Below are positions 29,288-41,049 of a stretch of 64,000 bases of DNA, one piece after another. The position numbers were made by a program, and so were the translations under genes. Source of the DNA: Anaerolineae bacterium. GTDB taxonomy: Bacteria; Chloroflexota; Anaerolineae; Fen-1058. The first letter of the stretch is position 1, and each line of letters starts with the position of its first letter. The stretch spans positions 1,153-65,152 of the forward strand of contig JAXLWI010000019.1 in the NCBI GenBank assembly GCA_046328575.1, written 5' to 3'. The notes under the pieces were generated by a model that saw nothing but the letters and a program-made list of their open reading frames with translations, did no database searches and was not told the origin of the DNA.

Positions 29288-30277
29288 TTACGGATTGACC
29301 TTGACAGCGCCGCTCTTGATGTCTTCGATGGCCTTGTCACCAGCCGCCTTGGCATCCGCGGGCAAGCTATAGCCGCTGTTGTACGCCATCTTCAAGCCGC
29401 CGGTCTTGAGCTGCAGCACGTACGTATCGCCGCCCAACTTGCCGGACTTGATCTTGGCGATCATGTCCTTCAGGATCACGGTCCAGTCATAGACCTGGCT
29501 GGACACGACCAAGTTCGGGGCCAGCGAGGCCTGATCGGCCTGGGTGCCAAACCACAGCACGCCGCCCTTATCCTTGGCCGCCTGGATCGAGCCGACCACT
29601 GACTGCGACGAACCAGTCAACACATCCGCGCCATTAGCGATGTGCGTCTTGGCCGCTTCGGTCATCAGCGCCACGTCCGAGAACGAGCCGGTCCATGTCT
29701 TCGCTACAGCGATCGACGGATCAACCGAGGCCACGCCTTGCACGAAGCCATCGATGTAAGTCTTGGCGTCGCCCACTTCCACCGGGCCGGTCACGCCGAT
29801 CTTCTTCGACTTGGTCAACTTCGCCGCCAGCACGCCGTTCACGTAGCCGCCTTCTTCAGCCGCAGCGGTGTAGGCAAACACGTTGGCCAGACCGAACGTG
29901 TTGACGTCCGTGCCCCACGCAAACGAAACCTTGGGGAAGTCCTTGGCGATTTCCTGTACGCCCGCGCCGTACTGCGAACCGTGTGCGATCACCAGGTTGA
30001 AGCCCTGCGACGCATAGTCACGAATGGCCGCTTGCGCATCCGGCACTTTGAACATGTTCTCGGAATACTTGATTTCGAAGTTGGCTTCGCCACCGCTCTC
30101 AGCCTGAATCGTCTTGAGGGCCTGGAACATCGACTGGCTGAAGGCCATGTCCGTTGTCGCGCTCGGCATGATCACTGCCACGCGGAACTTGCCGCCGGTT
30201 GCGCCGCCTGCGCCACCGCAGGCCGACACAAACACGGCCATCAACAACAATGCAATTACCACTTGTCGGGTCTTCAT
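29288..30277 (-). CDS. BMP-family (PnrA/Med-like) ABC transporter substrate-binding lipoprotein
   Basis: ATG 30277 with AGAGGAGAGA RBS; signal peptide with lipobox (LLLMAVFVSAC); BMP-family core. Confidence 0.8.
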   Translation of the reverse strand: MKTRQVVIALLLMAVFVSACGGAGGATGGKFRVAVIMPSATTDMAFSQSMFQALKTIQAESGGEANFEIKYSENMFKVPDAQAAIRDYASQGFNLVIAHGSQYGAGVQEIAKDFPKVSFAWGTDVNTFGLANVFAYTAAAEEGGYVNGVLAAKLTKSKKIGVTGPVEVGDAKTYIDGFVQGVASVDPSIAVAKTWTGSFSDVALMTEAAKTHIANGADVLTGSSQSVVGSIQAAKDKGGVLWFGTQADQASLAPNLVVSSQVYDWTVILKDMIAKIKSGKLGGDTYVLQLKTGGLKMAYNSGYSLPADAKAAGDKAIEDIKSGAVKVNP

Positions 30278-30369
30278 CGGTTCTCTCCTCTTGAGAATTG
30301 AGTTGTGCATCAAAGGCCGCGTTCGACACTCGGATTGCCGATAGCCGTTCGCAGTCTTTATCACCACAC

Positions 30370-31318
30370 TTAGCTTTCGCCGCGCTCGAACGGTTTATTC
30401 AAGGCTGCCGGCTGGCGAGCGCGATTCACCGCGAATACCAACGCCACAATCGTCAAGATATACGGCAGCATAACGGCGATATCTGAGGGGATCTTGACAC
30501 CGAAAATTTGTCCGCCCAGCACTTGCACCCACAATTGCAGCGCATTCACCGAACTGAACAGCAACGCGCCCAACATGATGCCGACGGGTCGCCAGCTGCC
30601 GAAGTAAACCAACGCCACGGCGATGAAACCTTGGCCGGCAGTGAGATTATCCTGGAAGAGATTCAAAAGCGCGATCGACAATGAGGCGCCCGCTAACCCG
30701 GCCAGCACTGCGCCAAGGCACACGCAGAAATACCGCACCCGATTGACATCCACGCCCAGCGTATCCGCCGCCGCCGGATTCTGCCCCACAGCCTTGATCT
30801 TTAGGCCCCACGTGGTCTTTTCAAAGAACCACCACGCCAGCGGCACCAACAGGAAGGCAACGTAGACCGGCAAGCTCTGCTGGAAAAAGATCGGCCCGAG
30901 CACGGGGATGTCGCTAATGCCGGGAACATTCAGCGGCGGGAAACCATCGACGGTCTTGACGGTGCCGACCAACACTCGAAACAACAGGCTGGACAACCCC
31001 GTTCCAAACAACGCCAAACCGATGCCGCTGATGCCTTGTTCCGCTTTGAAGGTCACGCTGATCACCGACATCAGCAGTCCCATCAACAAGCCGACGAACG
31101 CAGCCGCCAATACCCCTAACAACAAACTGCCAGTGTGGAGCGTCACATAGAAGGCCGAGAAAGGCCCCACAACGCTGATGCCATCCACGCCGAGATTCAC
31201 CACCTGAGCGCTGCGCGGGCATCTCGCCGATCGACGCGTACAAATACGGCGTCGCCAAGCAGATGGCCGAACTCAACACACCAATCACAATGGCCAGCGT
31301 ATCTGTCTGTTGGGTCAT
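30370..31318 (-). pseudogene. BMP-family ABC permease (YufQ-like) with frameshift near 31210
   Basis: N-terminal piece MTQQTDTLAIVIGVLSS...ASIGEM (start 31318) continues in the +2 frame as ...VVNLGVDGI...; rest of ORF intact to 30370. Confidence 0.6.
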
Positions 31319-31329
31319 GCCTGCGACTC

Positions 31330-32332
31330 CTTCACCCGTGTCTGCCTCCGACACGCAGCGAGCCGCGCGTTTGCGCGCCCAATACTGTGAGCCGACGACG
31401 AACAGCACGATCAAGCCGGATGCGTCAGTCAGCATAGGGGAGCACTTGCACCGCCCGCTGCATCTTGTCAGCCCCGACAGGCAAACTGCCGAAGAGATAA
31501 AGGCCGGTATCGCGCCTAAGGATGCAGGCCGCCAAACAGCTTTACCGCCACAATTCCGCTAAAGCCATAGCCGCTGGTAATACCTTCCAACAACCGGTGC
31601 TGGACGCCGATAACCTCGATCACCCCGGCGACGCCCGCCAGACCACCGGCCAGCGTCAGCGACAGCATGATAAACCGGCACGCGAATGCCCGCGTAGCGC
31701 TGAAGCGTCGGGATTCAAACCCACCGCGCGGATGCGATAACCGATCGTGGTGCGCCACAACACGTACACCACAATCGCCAAGATCACCGCGATGATCGTG
31801 CGGTGTTTAACAGCGTCTGTGGAATCAAGCGCGGCAGCCACACTTGTTCCGGCTTGACTGCTCCGATTGCGCCAGATATTGCCGGCTGACACACCGGCCG
31901 GATCAATCAACGGCCCGCGAATCACGTAAGTTCATGAACTGCAACGCGATGGCGTTAAGCATCACCGTACTCAGAATCTCGTTGACGCCCAAACGGGCTT
32001 TGAGCACGCCTGGAATGAAGCCCCAGACGCGCCCGCAGAAGCCCATTAACAGCGTCGCCGGGATCAGGATCAGCCCGCCCACTCGCGGAACTGCAGCGAG
32101 AACCACGTCGCCATCACCCGCGCCCAAAGATGATCCTGGCCTTCCGCACCGATGTTGATCCTGGCCAGACGCGATGCAGATCCCCAACCCGACCAGCAGC
32201 AAGGGCGTCGCTTTGACCAATGATTGCGTGAGACCGGACACGCTGCCCAGCACGCCTTCGATCAGTGCGCCATATGCCTGAAATGGATTAGCGCCGAGCA
32301 GCACTGACCTGCTCCCTTTTTGGTACCAGGTC
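31330..32332 (-). pseudogene. BMP-family ABC permease (YufP-like), 3' portion, at least 3 frame changes
   Basis: Fragments LLGANPFQAYGALIEGVLGS..., AVILAIVVYVLWRTTIGYRIRAVGLNPDAS, MLSLTLAGGLAGVAGVIEVIGVQHRLLEGITSGYGFSGIVA in different frames; boundaries approximate. Confidence 0.5.
32317..32332. repeat. direct repeat flanking IS remnant (right copy TTTTGGTACCAGGTCA)
   Basis: Imperfect 15/16-nt match to 33468..33482 TTTTGGTAGCGGTCA. Confidence 0.3.
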
Positions 32333-33467
32333 AAATAGAATTCGCGCCCGGATTGTTGGGTCGATAACGTCGCCATTTGGGCGGGCGTTCGGTAAGCCAG
32401 CGCGCTATGGGGACGTTATTATTACTCCTTTCGCCAGTGCTCGATCACGATCGTCGCCTCGTGACCGGTCGTGAACCATTCGCGATTCAAGCATTCATCA
32501 CGGAACTTACCGTAGAAACTTTCGATGAAGCCATTTTGCCGGATGACCCGGCGCAATGAAACTCAGCCCGACGTGCTGGTCGTGCAACCACTGTTGGACC
32601 AAGATCGCCGTAAACTCACTGCCGTTATCGACCGCAGGAATTGCGGAGAACCGGTACCGTCGTGTGCTGCAAGACCGCGCGTCGGTTGCTGCGCGAATCG
32701 ACGGTGCGACATGAATCGCCAGACATTCGCAGGTGAACTCATCCAAGATACTCCGGGGTTTTTGAAGAGCCGGCCATCCGCCAAGCGATCAAACAAGATG
32801 TCGTATGTCCAGACATGGTTGCGGTGCATGGCCTGCTGGGGTCGGTCGTCACGGCGAATGGCCCGTGGGCGGCGCACCCGCGCTGGTTGCACGGCAAATC
32901 CTTGTTAACCACAGAAGCGCCAGGCGCGCTTGAACGAGAAGCTGCGCCAACATCGCTACGCGCCGGTAGCCAAACCGCGGATGCGTCATCACCGGCTGCA
33001 TCGCCGTAATCGCGCAGACGTGGCTGGTTGCTGCAAGCGATACCGAGCCGTACTGCGCGCGATCCCAACTCCAGCGACAGGCGCTCCGCTGCGACAGCCC
33101 TTGCTCGTCAAATGTGCCGGGACTTCATGACGCTGCGCGCCGGCGTTCACCATTTTTTGCCAACACTTCCTTTAAGCCCTTCATTGGCTAACAGCGCTTC
33201 GGCCAATAGTTTTCAACTTGGCGTTTTTCAACCTCTAAAGCTTTCAAGCGTTTGGCTTCATCGATTTGCAGATTGCCATATTTTTGTCGCCAACGGTACA
33301 GCGTCGCTTCGGCAATGCCCGTCCGCCGACAGAAGTCGGCGACGGATTCGGTGCCCGCCTCAATGCGCAGTGGCATGACGATTTCTTCAGCCGTATGTTG
33401 TTTCATCGAGTGCGCTCCTTTGTCTAGAGTTAGGACGCAACACTTTCTCATTACACTTGGTACTAAT
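32333..33467 (-). mobile_element. degenerate IS3-family insertion sequence (orfA intact-ish, orfB fragmented)
   Basis: OrfA HTH and leucine-zipper (TLYRWRQKYGNLQIDEAKRLKALE); OrfB integrase-core fragments (HRNHVWTYDI, DNGSEFTA, QNGFIESFYGKFRDECLNREWF ending in TAATAATAA at about 32424); inserted inside the permease gene. Confidence 0.6.
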
Positions 33468-33545
33468 TTTGGTAGCGGTCAGCACCAACATCACGCCGCC
33501 GATCAATAGCGCCGCTACCACGGCCAACTAATGGTAGTGAGGCAC
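33468..33545 (-). pseudogene. 5' fragment of the IS-disrupted BMP permease
   Basis: MPSYSVPHYH-stop-LAVVAALLIGGVMLVLTA (first TM helix) abutting the IS end. Confidence 0.4.
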
Positions 33546-33724
33546 TGAATAGGACGGCATTCCGTCGATACGAGCTTTGCGGCGTTGCAGACGAACTTGG
33601 GGAACAATCGTCGATGGCATAAGTTAAGAGTATAGTGATTTTGCCGGGTTAGGCAAATGACAATCATATCAGGGTGAACAAAAGCATGCCGATTCCGGTT
33701 AGGACTCTAGTGTAAAATCTGGGT

Positions 33725-34540
33725 ATGACCTACGCCACTTTGATTACAACCGCTGAACTTGCCCGGAACTTAACGCGCAAACCCGATTGGGTCATCTTCG
33801 ATTGCCGGTTTACACTGGCCGATCGGGAACGTGGTCGTCGTGATTATCTACACAATCATATTTCAGGTGCGATTTACGCCCATCTCAACGACGATCTCCG
33901 GGCCGATTGTATCGGGCCAAACCGGACGACATCCGCTGCCCACTGTCGAGGTCATTAGTCGTTTCTTTTCCCGCACAGGCGTAGATTCAACCATACAAGT
34001 AATCGCGTACGACGATGCTGGCGGCAATAGCGGCGTTTGTGGTGGTTATTGCGCTGGTTAGGACCGCGTGACGCGGTGGCGATTTTGGACAGCAGCTGGC
34101 GAAGTGGACGCAGGCTGACGGACCAACAACGGCGACGATTCCAACACCCACGCCGCGCGTTTTTGTACCGCAAAGCCAGTCGGACGACTGGCTCACCAGC
34201 GATCGAGTACCTGGCGCAGATCGGCGATCCTAACTTTAAACTCCCTCGATTCGCGCAAGCGCCGATCGCCTATCGCGGTGAAAACGAAACGATCGATCCG
34301 ATCGCCGGTCACATCCCCGGCGCGATTAGTGCGCCCTATGCGGACAACCTCAACCCCGATGGAACCTTCAAACCGATCGAGCAACTGCGTGCCCGCTTCG
34401 AATCGCTGTTGGGCGACACATCCGCCACGTCACGCCGCATTTGTGCGGCTCAGGTGTCACTGCCGCACACAACATTCTGGCCGTAAAACACGCCGGACTC
34501 GGTGAGGCGAAGTTGTATCTCGGTTCATGGAGCGCGAGTG
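33725..34540 (+). pseudogene. sseA: 3-mercaptopyruvate/thiosulfate sulfurtransferase (rhodanese, SseA-like) broken into at least 4 frames
   Basis: Pieces VIFDCRFTLADRERGRRDYL / TGRHPLP / WWLLRWLG...IAGHIPGA / CGSGVTAAHNILA...LYLGSWS in successive frames. Confidence 0.6.
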
Positions 34541-34600
34541 GATCACAGACCCGTCGCGCCCGCGAGCATCGGCCCCGAGTGACGAAGCTAGCCACTCCCC

Positions 34601-34635
34601 CTTCTCCCGAGTTGGCAGTTCCAACTCAGGAGAAG
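34601..34635 (+). terminator. hairpin downstream of sseA remnant
   Basis: CTTCTCCCGAGTTGG-cagtt-CCAACTCAGGAGAAG (15-bp arms, 1 mismatch); no U-tract. Confidence 0.3.
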
Positions 34636-35722
34636 GAGCCGAAAGATGAGGCACAAGCCAGCCGCATTCTTTGTCGAGAGAAGATTATACTCTCCAACCC
34701 ATCGATGCGCTGGCACGACACGAGTGATGAACGCGTATCGAAGCAGGCGTAGTGCAACACAACAAACGGCTTGCCTTTTTCAGCAGGCAAAACAAGGTCA
34801 CACTGTGTCTACCAAAACCATTCTAAGTCTTAGGCCTGGCCTGCGTTGCGCTATTTGTGATAGAGATTCTGTTTGATCCATTCTATTATGTGGCGAATGT
34901 GTTCGTATCGGCAGATCCGGCACGCACATTACCAATCGCAAAAGCGCGCTGGCAAAGCCTGGGGCATAACCAACTACGCGGTGAAGGTCAGAGGCGGTGT
35001 ACCGCTGGTCTGTATGTTTCTGGTGATCAATTGATCGTTCAGCTATAACCGGCTTGTTAGTGTATTCGCCAGAGCCAAGCCATTTGATGAAACTTCGCCC
35101 CAAAAACATTCTGGCTACGGCAGAAGATTGGCAGGCGTGTCCGTTTCAATGAATTGGTTATACCAAAGATGTTTGAACAGATCGAGCAGAATTTACAGCA
35201 AATTGATCCTGTTAAGGAAGAGTTGAAAGTTGGCTGAGTGAAACGCTTGGAACATGCTGATTACACCCTGAATTATGGATATGGGCATGGAGTCTTTAGT
35301 CCAGGCTTTGAGAGGTATACTGCATGAAACACAAGTTTAGAAGAGAATTTCAAGTCTTTGCCCGCAACGGTCACAAAAATTGAAAATCCGGTTTCACAAC
35401 GTCACCGTTGCGTTCGAGCCACGAATTGCCCAACCCGCCGATGCTCCCGCGCCAGAGCTCGCTGGGAATGAGGGCCGGTCAGATTCAAAACTAATCCACA
35501 CCCCACGCGCCGAGGCCGCCCAAAGAAACACTCCGTTATCTCCAAGGCCGCCGTTAACGCGCAGCAGGAGCGATGGCTTCGCCATCGGCTACTCAAACCA
35601 AGCCTGACGCGGGCTTCCCTACCTTTGCCGTCGATTTGCAATCGATGGCGAACCCCAACAAAAAGGACGCAGAGCGATGTTCGCACTCACGTCCTCGGTG
35701 TCCCCTCAACAGTAAATCAAAC

Positions 35723-36402
35723 CTACAGGGTAAGGCTCTCCCCCGGCTTCGAGATATGCACCTGCGCCGAAGTCTCCGCCGTCACCCGTTTCGCCCACGC
35801 GCTCACGTCCTGCGCGATCGATCCCCATGTATCGTAGTGCACAGGAATTACATAGCAGGTTGCAAAAGTCTCACCGCGCGCAAGGCATCATCCGGCCCCA
35901 TCGTGAAGTTGTCGCCAATCGGCAGCACAGCCAGATCGAGGCCTTCTTCGCCTATCAACTTCATGTCTACAAAAACAGCCCCGTATCACACGCGAGATAG
36001 ATCTTCTTGCCCTCAGCGGTTAACAAGAACCCCGCCGGATTGCCTGTCCGATCCATCGGGCAACGCCGAGCCCATGCATGGCCTGCGTCAACTGGTAGCC
36101 GAACGGATAGTTGAAGCCGCCGCCGATATTGCTGCGCGTGCACATTGCTCACGCCCTTGCCCTCGAACCAATTGGCGATCTCGAAGTTGGCGATGATTTG
36201 CGCTTGTGCGTTTCGCGATTGCCACGGCGTCGCCGACGTGATCGCCGGCAGCCGTGGGAGACAAGAATGTAATCGGCTTGGGCCTTGTCCGCCGTAATCG
36301 GGGCGGCGGGATTGCCGCTAAAGAACGGATCAATCAGCAACTTTGTGCAGGCTGCATCCAGCGGCACGTCATGTCCAAACAACGTATGCTTGATCGACAT
36401 CG
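35723..36402 (-). pseudogene. UPF0173-family metal-dependent hydrolase (beta-lactamase fold), frameshifted
   Basis: Fragments [117 protein letters not shown] in different frames. Confidence 0.5.
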
Positions 36403-36479
36403 TTACAGGCCTCCTGTAAAGGGGATGTGAAATAATCATAGCACCTGATGCGTACTGCGTATTGCGTAATGTTTCGCCG

Positions 36480-37140
36480 CTACTGCTCGGTCACGAGAAA
36501 GCCCGCCACACAAACTTCGGCAGCGCCAACTGTCGCCGCCAACGCCACAGTTCGCAGCCGAGACGGTACAACCATTCGGAATTGAGCCGCTGAATCCAAT
36601 GGGGTGCGCGCCGCTGTGTGCCAACGACAAAATCGAGCGAGCCACCGATGCCGATGCCGACCTTCGCGCCCGTGCGCGCCAAATTCGATCGATCCACTTG
36701 TCCTGCTTGGGCGCACCGTACGCCACCAACACGATATCCGCGCCGGATGCTTGAATGCGACGAACGGCGTCGGCATCGTCGTCGGGTCGCGGCCAGACCC
36801 GCCACGTCGACGATGCGAATACAGCAGGAAGGCGTAATTTGATCGCGAAGTTGTTCGGCGACGCCATCCGCTGCGCCCAATAGAAAAATCTTCCAGCCGG
36901 TATCTGCGGCTCGCTCGGCCAGCCGATAGATCCGTCGATCCGGCGACTCGTTCACGAATCGGCTGAACCGCTTTCGCCACGCCGCCCAGACCACGCCGAT
37001 ACCGTCCGGCAGATTCAGCGCTGCTCGATCGAGAATCTGCTGAAATTCAAGGTCATTCTGCGCAGCCATGATAGACTCGGGGTTGACGGTGCAGATTTGA
37101 CGCACCCATATAAACGACAAATTGCTCGATCAGGTCGAGC
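36480..37140 (-). pseudogene. WecB/TagA/CpsF-family glycosyltransferase, frameshifted mid-gene
   Basis: ILDRAALNLPDGIGVVWA, KIFLLGAADGVAEQ, C-terminal WIQRLNSEWLYRLGCELWRWRRQLALPKFVW; middle in another frame. Confidence 0.5.
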
Positions 37141-37199
37141 GTTTCTGTCATCGTTACGTCGTGAACAGGAATGCCGAGGATGGTCACTGCTCAAGTTTG

Positions 37200-38300
37200 C
37201 CATTACATCTAAATCTGACAGAATGACCAGATGACAGGCTGAATCTTGCGTGAGATCTTCCGGTCATTGTGTCATCCGCCGCGTTGTGTGCGGCTCGCCA
37301 TCTTGTCACCGATGAGGACTTCTTCAAACACTTTAACACGGTAGCCGCGCACTGCCCACGTGAACCGCTGTGCCTGCTGATACCCACGTTCCGATCAGCG
37401 TGCGGCTGAGTCTACGTCGCCGACGATTTGCTTCAGGCCATGCGCGATCTCTTCGACGTTCAACGGATCGACTTGCAGCGCGCGTCGCCGCCCCACTTCC
37501 GGCGGCGACGGTGTTGCTGCACACCACCGGCACACCGCACGCCATCGCTTCCAACACCGGGGAAACCGAAGCCTTCATACAACGACGAGACGCAAACGCC
37601 TTCGCCCCCCGATAACAGCGCGGCTTTGTCGACTTCTTCCGCGTAGCCGATGAAGCGAATGTTACGTCCGGCTTGCTTGATCAACTGCTCATCAGAACCA
37701 GCCGCGTTTGCCCGCCAGCACCAACAGGCGATTCGTGTTATTGGTGCGATGCCACGCTTCGATCAACCGCGTCAGATTTTTGCGTGGCTGGAGCGTGCGC
37801 AAATACAACACGTACTCGCCAGCACAACGCCATGCCCGGTTTTCACTCGCGCGATCTCAGCGTACGCGATCTTCGACGCGCTTCACCCACGGATCAAGAC
37901 CCAGATGACCACCGTGATCCAGTCGGGCCGCGCACCGTACCGCGCGATGAGATCGCGTTTGGTGGCGCAGCCAGATCCGCCAAGACTCGCGCGGCCGTCA
38001 GCGTGTGCCAGCGTGTCGACCATCGAGATAAAGGCGCTGTCCGGTGGGATGCGTTTCAGGAAAGAACAGGTAACCCAGATCGTGCACGGTGACCACTGCG
38101 GCGCGGATGCACAATCGGCAGGACGTCGACAGCACAAACAGCAGATCGGGGGTCTGTGTCAGCATCTCCCGGCAGGCGGACTTGCGTCCACAAGCGCGGG
38201 GGCTGGCATGATTCTGGCTTCTGGTCTGGTTGCCGATTTGAAAACGCGGCGGTCGATTGAAGTACAGTCGGAATGAAAACCGATCGGGCGCACGTTCAAG
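37200..38300 (-). pseudogene. GT4 (group 1) glycosyltransferase, fragmented
   Basis: IRFIGYAEEVDKAALLSG...SLYEGFGFP and LEAMACGVPVVCSNT in different frames; extent approximate. Confidence 0.4.
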
Positions 38301-38899
38301 CAGCGCGTCAGATCAACTGGCGCGAATAGAGTTCGGTACCGGTGGCTGTTCGATCACCGATCGGCTGGCATCCACCCCAGGCAGTAATGGCGGTTCATCA
38401 CGAGTGAATAATCAGCGCGGCTTTCGAACAGGTTGCGGCAAGACGATCAAGCCCAAGACGATCAGCGGCACCGGTAAAGGCGGCCAGGGTGCGCCAGTTC
38501 GGCATATCGCCGAGCGTGAAGGCGAAGCCGCCCCGCGCTACGAGCAGCCAAGATCGTCGCTGGAATCCACAGGCCCATATCGCGCATACGGCCGGTCAGC
38601 CACAACACGACGAGCAATACCGACAATGAGTGGGAAAGCTGGCCACAAACGGCCCCACCCGATTGGACCGAAACCGGGTACGTTGATGTGCAGCGTGAAG
38701 AGGAAGAAGAACAGGCCGACCTTGAAAGCGATCGTGCCGACAAACGCCAGGCCGGGATCATGTCGTCCGCCAAAGAGGTAGCCGCCCCAGAACATCAGGC
38801 CGACCAGCACGACGATGCCCGGCCACAATTCGGTAATGGACAACGACGGCAGCACGCCAAAAGTTGACCAACGGGAAGAACGCGCGAGCAGATGAGAAA

Positions 38900-39600
38900 C
38901 AGCGCCGGAACTATTGCACCACGTCGTTCCGCGATCACCTCCGCTAGCGGCATTGTATCACAGGTCGCGCAAAAACGCTACTCAATTTGATCGGCCGTCG
39001 CGCCCGCGCACGGCCGCGCCGAGGGCGGCGTTGTCAGTCCACGGCACGGTCGATGGCACCGCCCGACGTTTCACCGCCGTCCACGATTGCCTCGTGCGCC
39101 CCGTCAAGTTGATCCAACACTTCGCGCGCACTACGGGGATTCAGTCCCGCGCAATCAGTTGGCGCTCGTCACGGCCAACGGTCCGGTCAGGCGCATCAGA
39201 GTGCGCGTCAGATCCAGATCGGGCATGCGCACCGCCACTGTTCAGTCGCGCTCACTTCCGGCAACCTTTACGCGGATCTTTACCGGCAGCACCAGCATCA
39301 ACGCCGAGGCCCAGGGTATATCAAGCGATAGGCAATCGGCGGAATGTCGATCGCCCACACCAGTCGAGATCAAGCTTTGCTGTCGGCGATCAAAATGGGG
39401 ATTGGCTTTTTCAGGCGGGCGTTCGCCTGGCAACGTACAGCACAAGGCTGTGTGACCGTCAAACGCCTTGCATCGTGCCGAATGGTATACCGTGTCAGTG
39501 GGGAACGCGACGAGTTTGCGCTCACAGAGAAATTTGCGCGGCAAAATCCATTTGGTCAGGGCGTAGAATTTGAGTCATGGTGATTCATCACTCGACGCGT
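38900..39600 (-). pseudogene. L-threonylcarbamoyladenylate synthase (Sua5/YrdC/TsaC-like), fragmented
   Basis: KLVAFPTDTVYHSA fragment (YrdC PTDTVYG signature) plus downstream pieces; extent approximate. Confidence 0.35.
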
Positions 39601-40099
39601 AAGACCTGACGTTGACGAAAGCGTTGCCATCGAACGAGAATCGCACGCCTTCACAATAGTTACAGAACGACCAGAACGCAAGTCCCGTCCGGGTGGCAAA
39701 CAACCGATCGTGCCGCTTCAGGCACGATACCGCCATGCAAAAATGATCAATGCGCGGCCGTCTCAGCACCGCTCGCACGATGCTGCGCCCCAGATCCGCC
39801 ATGCGTCGCGCATACATCGCGACGACCGCGCGCGGCCAGGCTCCCAGCCACGCGGCAAACCAGCATTCCACTGCACCGCACGCCCCGACTTCTTCCGCCC
39901 ATCACAGCCAATTGCTCGATTTCTTTCATCGACGGCAAAGCCCATCGCGATGGCGGTTTCGAAGGCGCGGGGCGGCGTGCTGGTCACAACGCCAGCGAAC
40001 GGTCCAGCGCACTTCAGGCACGCGGCGGGCTAAATCAACACCGGCTTGTGTCGCATGCTGGCCAGGTCATATTGCGCATGGTATGGCGTCGAACCGGCG

Positions 40100-40930
40100 T
40101 GCGCACGGTTCGGCTTCCAGGCTTCAACTCAATCACGGCCAATCCAGGTCGATCCGGCGTAATCTGCGGCGACCTGATTCGCCTGCGTCGAGGCTGGTGC
40201 CCAGGCTTTGCGGCCTGGTGATCGCTGTCTGCGCTGATGCCGCGATTTCAGGACGATCACGCGCTCTGCGGCCTGGCTGCGCGTGGCGCAGTTCGCGGCA
40301 GTTCACCCGGATCAAGTCCAGCCATCCGGCCCGCCGATGAACGCCATCTTCGGTTCGGCGCGAATGGTCTTCTGCAAAAACGGCCAGTCTTTGTCATCGA
40401 TGTAAGGCAGGTTGGCGGCCAACAAATCCGGCTGCTCCGTCGCGAAACCAACAGTTGCCCGCACGAAATCAATGCCGTGGAATCGAGGTTGATGTTGCTG
40501 CGCATTCGACGTGCCAGATCGATCGCTTCGGCGGACAGATCCGTGGCGACGATCACCGTTGGGCAAGCTCTTGGCCAGCGTCACGATTACGCCGAAGCCA
40601 GTACTGCGATGTCGGCAACATGGGCGCGGGATGGTCGCGGAACCGATCGAGCACGAACTCGATCAGGCATTCAGTTTCGGGGCGCGGGATCAGCATCACG
40701 ATCGGTGATCAGATCGAGATCGTAGAACTCACGATGACCGACGACGTAAGCCAGCGGTTCGTCGCGCAAAACCCGATCGAGATCGATCTGGAAGCGCATC
40801 GATCTGATCGGCGGGGGTGGGCGTCAAGCCGCGCCAACAACTGCGTGCGCTCGATGCCGAGCGCATGCGCCATGACCGCCTGTTTTCAGCGCGGCGCATC
40901 GATGTCGACGGCTTCAAATTGTTGAGCAAA
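40100..40930 (-). pseudogene. prmC: release-factor glutamine methyltransferase (PrmC/HemK), fragmented
   Basis: IVATDLSAEAIDLARRN-like and NLPYID (NPPY-type) ... EPKMAFIGGPDG fragments in different frames. Confidence 0.45.
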
Positions 40931-40980
40931 CTGTTGACACAGTTGGTGAAAGGTGAGCGGTATCATTCATGGATAATGGG

Positions 40981-41030
40981 TAACAACTAACGGGAAACGA
41001 GTATACGGTAAGTCGGTCGTTACTCGTTAA
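40981..41030. repeat. second locus of GTAACGAGTAAC-family motif (GTAACAACTAACGG GAAACGAGTATACGG ... CGTTACTCGTTAA)
   Basis: Two direct imperfect units and one inverted unit, in the prfA-prmC intergenic gap. Confidence 0.4.
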
Positions 41031-41049
41031 TCTGAATAGTCCAGCCGCT

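Noticed and set aside
31263-31562. Plus-strand ORFs (99-100 aa) over the permease junction
   Set aside because: Antisense to permease fragments. Composition is Ala/Arg/Ser-rich.
32377-32559. 60-aa plus-strand ORF at the right end of the IS remnant
   Set aside because: Antisense to the IS3 OrfB C-terminal coding sequence (QNGFIESFYGKFRDECLNREWF read on the minus strand), so a shadow frame.
35573-36196. 207-aa plus-strand ORF in the frameshifted block
   Set aside because: Pro/Arg/Ser-rich. Lies opposite recognisable fragments of the UPF0173 hydrolase remnant. Most likely a chance open frame.
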